A stretch of 32,000 nucleotides of DNA from Telmatocola sphagniphila (GTDB lineage: Bacteria; Planctomycetota; Planctomycetia; Gemmatales; Gemmataceae), in NCBI RefSeq assembly GCF_018398935.1, contig NZ_CP074694.1:1950001-1982000 (forward strand), written 5' to 3'. Each line of letters begins with the position of its first letter. Within the stretch, counting starts at the first letter, position 1. This document shows positions 26,874-32,000 of this stretch, piece by piece. The translations under genes and the position numbers were made by a program. The notes beneath the pieces were generated by a model, which worked only from the letters and a program-made list of their open reading frames with translations, did not search any database and was not told the DNA's origin.

Positions 26874-28423
26874 GATTTTACACCACCCAGTGAAATCAAG
26901 GGCAGATTAGAAATGCTTCGTGATGATGTGTCCTGCTTGGAATCTGCAAGCGGTGGTAGAGGCAATGTGCCATCGCGGTATAAGGTGTTGTAAGCACAAA
27001 AGGGTATTATGTGACCGCTGGGCAAAATGTGCGCCAGGCAGCATTTCATCACTCGCCGGGTATCGAAAGTATAGCTATCCAGAAAACCGGTAAGCGTGAT
27101 GCGAAAGACCTCCTTGCCCGTCAACTTTTCTGACAGCGCCTGCTCGATGAAATTGGAAGGCTCGGCCGATCCGCACCCTCCCGGACCGCAGCCGCAATCC
27201 CCTGCCGAGGCAACGGCTTTTGCGACGAGGTTCCTGGCTCGAGCGGGAGTATATACGATGGAATTGGCAATCAGATCCATATGTGGTTTCGGATCGATCA
27301 GTCGCGAAATAGGTACGACACTCTCTTCTCCCCGATAGAGATAAGCCATTCGATGACAATTGGGGTGGGCACAGGGCAAAGGATAAAAATCGTCTGCACG
27401 AAGTATCTCCGGCACTTGCCGCACCAAGGCTTTCATCAGATCGGGCATGGTCGTGCGATTTTCGAGATCTTTCGCAGGAAGATGCCGGCCGCAGTATGTA
27501 GCCAGCTGATAGCTCACGCCGCGAACTTCTTCCCGCGACAGCCCGAACTTCAGCACTTCACCCACCTGATCGATATTTGCCGTATGTTCTACAGTACAAA
27601 CCAACGTGCAGCGTATTCCGGCCTCGCGAAGTCGGTCCAGTGCCTGCCGTTTGACATCGAGAAGATTCTCGCCGCGCAAAGCGAGATGGCTTTCACTCGA
27701 AAATCCGTCGAATTGAAGATAAATTTCCAGCCGATCTCGCATCGTGGCTAGTTGAGAAACGAGATCCGGATCCCGTGCGAGCCGAATACCGTTTGTGTTG
27801 ATCATCACGACCTGTATCGGTTGCTGATAGGCATACTCCAGCATAGGGACAAGTTCGGGATGAAGTGTCGGTTCACCGCCAGAGAGCTGCAGCACATCAG
27901 CGATCCCTTCATGCAGAATATAGCGATCCACCATCGATTTATAGGTCGCAAAATCGATGTGCTTACCGCCGGGCCCTGACTCCGCAAAGCACATTGGGCA
28001 ACGTAAATTGCAAGAGGAAGTAATTTCGATTAATCCAATGCAGGTGTGCTGTTCGTGCTCCGGGCAGAGGCCGCAATCGTAGGGGCAGCCTTTGTCGGCA
28101 GTTGTCCCATACGATTCCGGCATTCGCGCCGGCTGATCGAATTCATGCTGGTCGTAAAAAGCGACATCCGAGCATATGAAATCTTCGCGCGTTCCGTGTT
28201 CCGGACAATGCTTCCGGAAGTAAACGCGTTGGCCGCGCACCAGGATTTTCGCATCGACCACTCGTTTGCATTCGGGGCAGAGGCTTCGAGTGGTTCCGCG
28301 ATAGACGTAATCTCGAACGGGCATCTTAGACTCCCGATTAATTAAGAATTCAGATAGATCCGGATCCCAATGATGTCGCTTGAAATCCGCCTTCAGTTCA
28401 TCAGTTGAGCTGAGATGATTCAA
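26870..28423 (-). CDS. Radical SAM enzyme with an N-terminal zinc ribbon and extra Cys clusters
   Basis: Zinc ribbon CPECKRVV...KHCPEHG. A first CX3CX2C motif, CPYDCGLCPEHEQHTC. The canonical radical-SAM motif SSCNLRCPMCFA followed by LQLSGGEPTL. A Cys-rich C-terminus (PCAHPNCH, DCGCGPGGCG, KCCLAH...IPFCAYN). An alternative start at 28324 has GGGAG 6 nt upstream. Confidence 0.85.
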   Translation of the reverse strand: MNHLSSTDELKADFKRHHWDPDLSEFLINRESKMPVRDYVYRGTTRSLCPECKRVVDAKILVRGQRVYFRKHCPEHGTREDFICSDVAFYDQHEFDQPARMPESYGTTADKGCPYDCGLCPEHEQHTCIGLIEITSSCNLRCPMCFAESGPGGKHIDFATYKSMVDRYILHEGIADVLQLSGGEPTLHPELVPMLEYAYQQPIQVVMINTNGIRLARDPDLVSQLATMRDRLEIYLQFDGFSSESHLALRGENLLDVKRQALDRLREAGIRCTLVCTVEHTANIDQVGEVLKFGLSREEVRGVSYQLATYCGRHLPAKDLENRTTMPDLMKALVRQVPEILRADDFYPLPCAHPNCHRMAYLYRGEESVVPISRLIDPKPHMDLIANSIVYTPARARNLVAKAVASAGDCGCGPGGCGSAEPSNFIEQALSEKLTGKEVFRITLTGFLDSYTFDTRRVMKCCLAHILPSGHIIPFCAYNTLYRDGTLPLPPLADSKQDTSSRSISNLPLISLGGVKS

Positions 28424-28453
28424 TTTTCAGAAGCACGCAACTTCGCCAGAGGA

Positions 28454-28786
28454 TCAAGGGAATCCTCCACATCGATCCAGGATCAGGATGAAGCCAGCGA
28501 TCCCGAGGACAACAAATACGCAGAAAAGTATCAGAAACCACTTGATTAGCAAACTACAACCAAAATCAGGATACAATTCACGAGGATCCTTGCCCGGCGG
28601 GGACTCGCCCGCGTCTTTCGTAGGGGGCGGAACGGCAATGGTCATCTCTGAAGCCGTTTTGACTTGCTTATTTTCTAAGTTAATGGGCGGCGTATTCGGC
28701 ACTTCGGCCGACTTCGGAGCAATGGGATTCGGATCGCTCGACGCTTTCCCGGGCGCCGGAGTCGCGGGATTCTGGGGCTCGTTCAT
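28454..28786 (-). CDS. Proline-rich small protein with a C-terminal TM anchor (110 aa)
   Basis: GAGAGAAG precedes the ATG. The N-terminal 75 aa are Pro/Lys/Glu-rich and look disordered. Then come DFGCSLLIKWFLILFCVFVVLGIAGFILIL (a TM segment) and the tail DRCGGFP. It is co-directional with, and directly upstream of, the radical SAM gene. Confidence 0.5.
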   Translation of the reverse strand: MNEPQNPATPAPGKASSDPNPIAPKSAEVPNTPPINLENKQVKTASEMTIAVPPPTKDAGESPPGKDPRELYPDFGCSLLIKWFLILFCVFVVLGIAGFILILDRCGGFP

Positions 28787-28956
28787 AGTCTTCTCTCGAA
28801 GTAGGTGAGGGTTTCCACGAACTCTTTCATTTTAAGCGACAGATTGAATTGCGACTATAAATTCTGAATTTGAATAAAATAGTTCGGTACGATCGCGGAG
28901 CCCGATGGCTGAACGACCAAAATAATCAGTCTAATAAAATAGACCTTGTTTACAGT

Positions 28957-30434
28957 CTGCACTTTCCCAGAAAGTCTTAACAATTTAGGGGTATTGGGAA
29001 TTTGAATTGCTCTTGAAAAAGCCGGTGCTTCCGTCAGCATGGTGGTGCTTAAAAAACATCAAGCCAGGAAGGCACCGGCCATGGAAGTATCTCGTTTTCC
29101 CTCCTTTCTGTCCAGCGCTTTTTCCGCCCTGGTCTTCTTTTTGGATGCTCGAATCCAGTCGCTAACCGTGCGTATCTTCCGCGGCATGTTCCTCGCTCAG
29201 GACCAGCGACGCACCGCCTCCCGATGGTTCCGAGCCGCCGGTATCCGTCGAAAGTACAAGTCGGCCTACCGGCACCTTGCAGCGGTCGGTCGAGAATCCC
29301 TTTCGATGAGTACCGCCGTGGGACGACTGGTTCTCAAACACCCGGCGGCCCAATCCGAGAAGATCGTGATTGCTCTGGATGACACCCTCACCAAACGTTA
29401 CGGTCCGAAGGTCGAAGGGGCCGGAATTCACCACAATCCGACTCCGGGTCCGATCGGACAGTTGCTCGAATACGGGCAGAACTTCGTCGTGGCGGCTTTA
29501 TTGGCCTGGCATCCTCTCCACGGCGTTATCGGCTTGCCTTGGCGAGCCCAGTTATACGTCCGCCAGAAAGAGGTCGCGACGCTTCCCCGCAAGTACCAGT
29601 GGAAGTTTCGGACCAAGCTGCAACTGGCGGTGGAGATCCTGCAATGGCTCTCGAAGTCTTTGTTTTCTCCGGGGAAAGCAGTCTGGATCGTGGCGGATGG
29701 CGGCTATGCGAAGAAACCGATTCTGCGGGCGTGTCGGCAGTTGAACTTCACATTGATCAGTCGGCTCCGCAAGGATGCCGCCCTATACGAGTTGCCCTCT
29801 CCCTCCAAAGGTCGGGGGCGTCCCCGCAAGTACGGAGAGAAGCGAATCGACTTGGCCAAGCGAGCGGCTCATGCCCGGGGATGGTCGTCGGCCTCCCTGC
29901 AGTTGTACGGTCGCCCAGAAGTCAAAACGTACAAGAGTTTTCTGGCGACCTGGAAGTCGGCGGAGGGAGTCATCCGCGTGGTTCTGGTTAAAGAGAAAAA
30001 AGGGTGGATCGCTTTCTTCTCGACGAATCCGGAGGCGACGGTGGCCCAGATCCTGGAAACCGTGGCCAGCCGCAATGCCATCGAGCAGGTCTTCAAGGAC
30101 GTCAAGGAAGTTTGGAGAGCCGGTCAGCAGCAATTGCGAAACCTGCACGCCAACATCGGCGCGTTTCACATGAACCTGTGGATGATGACTTTGACCGAAC
30201 TGTGGGCTTGGGATCAACCGCAAAGGAAGTTAGTGGATCGTGCCGATCGTCCCTGGGATAATCGGCCGCGACGGCCTTCTCATAACGATCGACGCAAGTC
30301 GTTGCTAAAGCTGATTTTGCAAGAAGAATTTCGAGCACTTCCGCAAAGAGGGCCCGGAACGCGAAAATACAAAAAAGCCGTCAAACGCTTGTTCCAAATG
30401 GCCTGCTCCGCTTAGATTATCTGGGAAAGTGCAG
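28957..30434 (+). mobile_element. Complete copy B of the IS4/IS701-like element (1,478 bp)
   Basis: 14-15-bp terminal inverted repeat ctgcactttcccag(a) at 28957 / (t)ctgggaaagtgcag ending at 30434. One 458-aa transposase ORF. No clear target duplication is visible. Confidence 0.9.
29039..30415 (+). CDS. DDE transposase (458 aa), IS4/IS701-like
   Basis: Candidate catalytic triad contexts are IVIALDDTLTKRYG, VWIVADGGYAKK and RNAIEQVFKDVKE. There is a basic patch, KGRGRPRKYG. The family assignment is not resolved by eye. Confidence 0.88.
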   Translation: MVVLKKHQARKAPAMEVSRFPSFLSSAFSALVFFLDARIQSLTVRIFRGMFLAQDQRRTASRWFRAAGIRRKYKSAYRHLAAVGRESLSMSTAVGRLVLKHPAAQSEKIVIALDDTLTKRYGPKVEGAGIHHNPTPGPIGQLLEYGQNFVVAALLAWHPLHGVIGLPWRAQLYVRQKEVATLPRKYQWKFRTKLQLAVEILQWLSKSLFSPGKAVWIVADGGYAKKPILRACRQLNFTLISRLRKDAALYELPSPSKGRGRPRKYGEKRIDLAKRAAHARGWSSASLQLYGRPEVKTYKSFLATWKSAEGVIRVVLVKEKKGWIAFFSTNPEATVAQILETVASRNAIEQVFKDVKEVWRAGQQQLRNLHANIGAFHMNLWMMTLTELWAWDQPQRKLVDRADRPWDNRPRRPSHNDRRKSLLKLILQEEFRALPQRGPGTRKYKKAVKRLFQMACSA

Positions 30435-30435
30435 T

Positions 30436-30651
30436 ATTACTACTGAGGATGGAAAAGCCGAAGTCGAGCAGGCAATGAAATCGCTCCGGCAAGCTATTGC
30501 GGAGGGGTTTACCGGAGTAGGTCGTTTGAAGTCGGCTGCCCCTTTAGAACTTCTTCGTCCGCGTGCGGATTTTCAGAAGCTGGTTAAGGAATTGGAGGCA
30601 AAAGTCTCGAAGATACTAGAAGCACCTATGCCATCCCAACAGAAGAAGTGA
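30436..30651 (+). pseudogene. 3' remnant of a gene truncated by IS copy B (TPR-like C-terminal tail)
   Basis: An open frame starts at the IS boundary: ITTEDGKAEVEQAMKSLRQAIAEGFTGVGRLKSAAPLELLRPRADFQKLVKELEAKVSKILEAP...*. It resembles the C-terminal ends of planctomycete TPR/kinase proteins. No matching 5' half lies on the other side of the IS. Confidence 0.4.
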
Positions 30652-30809
30652 GAACCTGTCGATAGCCTTCATAGTGGAAAGAATGGAGGGGAAGTCAGTT
30701 CCGGGCGATTGTCTCGGGTATCAACTCGAGAACATAAATTTTGATTTAATGACCTCAACATTTCCATTGATCGCTGGTAAGTCGGTCCTTCGAAAGCTAA
30801 CTTGACGGA

Positions 30810-31376
30810 ATGACCGAATTAACTCGGATTCTGAACGACCTCAATTCAGGCGACCTGCACGCCTCCGCCAAACTGCTGCCGTTGGTGTACGAAGAGCTCC
30901 GAAAGCTAGCCTCTATTCGCATGAACCCGGAATCGTCCGATCATACTTTGAGCCCAACAGCACTGGTGCACGAAGCGTACATTCGGCTGGTCGGCGCTGA
31001 AGACCTTCCTCGATGGGAAAATCGAGCCCATTTCTTTGCCGCCGCCGCAACCGCCATGCGACGTATTCTGATCGATCGAGCTCGACGAAAATCCCGCGCC
31101 ATCCACGGAGGAGAGCATCGGCGTGTAGCTTTTTCCTTAGATACGATTTTAGCGGTAGAGCCGAATGAAGAACTATTGGAGCTGGATCACGCTCTTACGA
31201 AGTTTGCTCAAAAGGATCCCCTCAAAGCCCAACTCGTCGAATTGCGTTTCTTTGCCGGTTTAACGAGCGATCAAGTCGCGGCGATTCTGGGGATTTCTCC
31301 AAGATCAGCCGATCGCCACTGGGTCTACGCGCAAGCCTGGTTGCGACGGGAAATCCTTCGTAGCCAAGACGAGTAA
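30810..31376 (+). CDS. ECF-type RNA polymerase sigma factor (Sigma70_ECF / TIGR02999-like)
   Basis: LLPLVYEELRKLASIRM...HTLSPTALVHEAYIRLVG...RAHFFAAAATAMRRILIDRARRK... together with the region 4 HTH GLTSDQVAAILGISPRSADRHWVYAQAWLR. Confidence 0.9.
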   Translation: MTELTRILNDLNSGDLHASAKLLPLVYEELRKLASIRMNPESSDHTLSPTALVHEAYIRLVGAEDLPRWENRAHFFAAAATAMRRILIDRARRKSRAIHGGEHRRVAFSLDTILAVEPNEELLELDHALTKFAQKDPLKAQLVELRFFAGLTSDQVAAILGISPRSADRHWVYAQAWLRREILRSQDE

Positions 31377-31461
31377 AAATTATTCAGGATTTTTGGCACT
31401 CGGGACATTCTTTTGTCGCATTGAGAGTAGGAACTACTCCGAATCCTCTCGAAGGACAGCC

Positions 31462-32000
31462 ATGACTGAAGAATCCTTGTTCCACGAAGCCTTAGCACTG
31501 TCCGCGGACGAACGATCCGTGTTCCTCGATAAAGCCTGCGCCAATCAGCCAGAACTTCGGGCATCGATCGAATCTCTATTAAGTGCCCATCAGAAACGTG
31601 GCAATCTGTTCGATCCGTTCGTTGCCAATCGGAATCCTTATTTGCAAACCGGACCTGAGCTAACTTCGGATTATAATCCGCAAATGGAATCGGGCTTAAT
31701 CATCGCGGGACGATATATTTTGCAGGAAAAGATCGGCGAAGGAGGGATGGGCGAGGTCTGGGTGGCCAAGCAAACCGAGCCGGTCAAACGCCGCATCGCA
31801 CTGAAACTGATCAAGGCGGGGATGGATACCAAGAGCGTCCTTCAGCGGTTTGAACAAGAGCGTCAAGCCCTGGCTCTGATGGATCATCCGAACATCGCCC
31901 GAGTTCTCGACGGAGGCATGACGGCAGACCGCCGGCCGTTCTTCGTCATGGAACTGGTCAACGGACTCCCATTAAACAAATTTTGCGATGAAGCCAAACT
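31462..32000 (+). CDS. Ser/Thr protein kinase, N-terminal part (continues beyond the window)
   Basis: MTEESLFHEALALSADERSVFLDKACANQPELRASIESLL is the typical N-terminal helix of sigma-linked planctomycete kinases. It is followed by the Gly-rich loop IGEGGMGEVW and the Lys motif IALKLIK. It is open to the window end and absent from the ORF track because no stop falls in the window. Confidence 0.88.
   Translation, partial: MTEESLFHEALALSADERSVFLDKACANQPELRASIESLLSAHQKRGNLFDPFVANRNPYLQTGPELTSDYNPQMESGLIIAGRYILQEKIGEGGMGEVWVAKQTEPVKRRIALKLIKAGMDTKSVLQRFEQERQALALMDHPNIARVLDGGMTADRRPFFVMELVNGLPLNKFCDEAK

Noticed and set aside
28946-30445. A target-site duplication for IS copy B, or a shared flank with copy A that would prove composite-transposon insertion or a simple inversion.
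   Set aside because: The flanks gtttacagt| and |tattactac share no direct repeat. Copy A's inner flank (aaactgttat, 795-804) matches neither of them. The AT-rich inner flanks also cannot be the missing 5' half of the truncated gene at 30436-30651, so a single inversion event does not explain the arrangement.
1-32000. A CRISPR array, tandem repeats, rRNA genes, or an integrase or recombinase that would define a prophage or ICE.
   Set aside because: Reading through the window, I found no regularly spaced direct repeats, no rRNA-like sequence, and no tyrosine or serine recombinase motifs. All mobility genes seen are DDE transposases.

Overview
This 32-kb window is a compositionally patchy accessory region. 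The ECF sigma / Ser-Thr kinase pair at the 3' end and the general gene style suggest a Planctomycetota-like genome, but that is inference only. By my boundary calls, about a third of the window is insertion-sequence DNA. Two near-identical copies of a 1,478-bp IS4/IS701-like element lie in inverted orientation (1-794, cut by the window edge, and 28957-30434) and bracket everything else. Between them are: an IS630 element; a decayed IS701-like element nested in a decayed IS5-like element; an ISAs1 element with a 10-bp target duplication that splits an acyltransferase gene; two ISL3-family elements; and an IS5/IS427-like element with a TTA duplication. One ISL3 element has 41-bp perfect terminal repeats and an in-frame TAG in its transposase, and it sits inside a sulfotransferase pseudogene. 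The non-IS cargo is a GT2 glycosyltransferase, a heavily decayed YgjP/DUF45-like metallopeptidase gene, an orphan 515-aa protein with a C-terminal winged helix, an AbiEi/AbiEii abortive-infection pair, and a radical-SAM / Lgt-like / proline-rich small-protein operon. The most interesting cargo is a 5.8-kb, seven-ORF co-directional string (16086-21867). It encodes a RavA-like AAA+ ATPase, a ViaA-like vWA protein, a 292-aa orphan protein and a divergent beta-sliding-clamp-like protein, and it is convergent with AbiE. I know of no described system with this combination. I found no rRNA gene, intact tRNA gene or CRISPR array.
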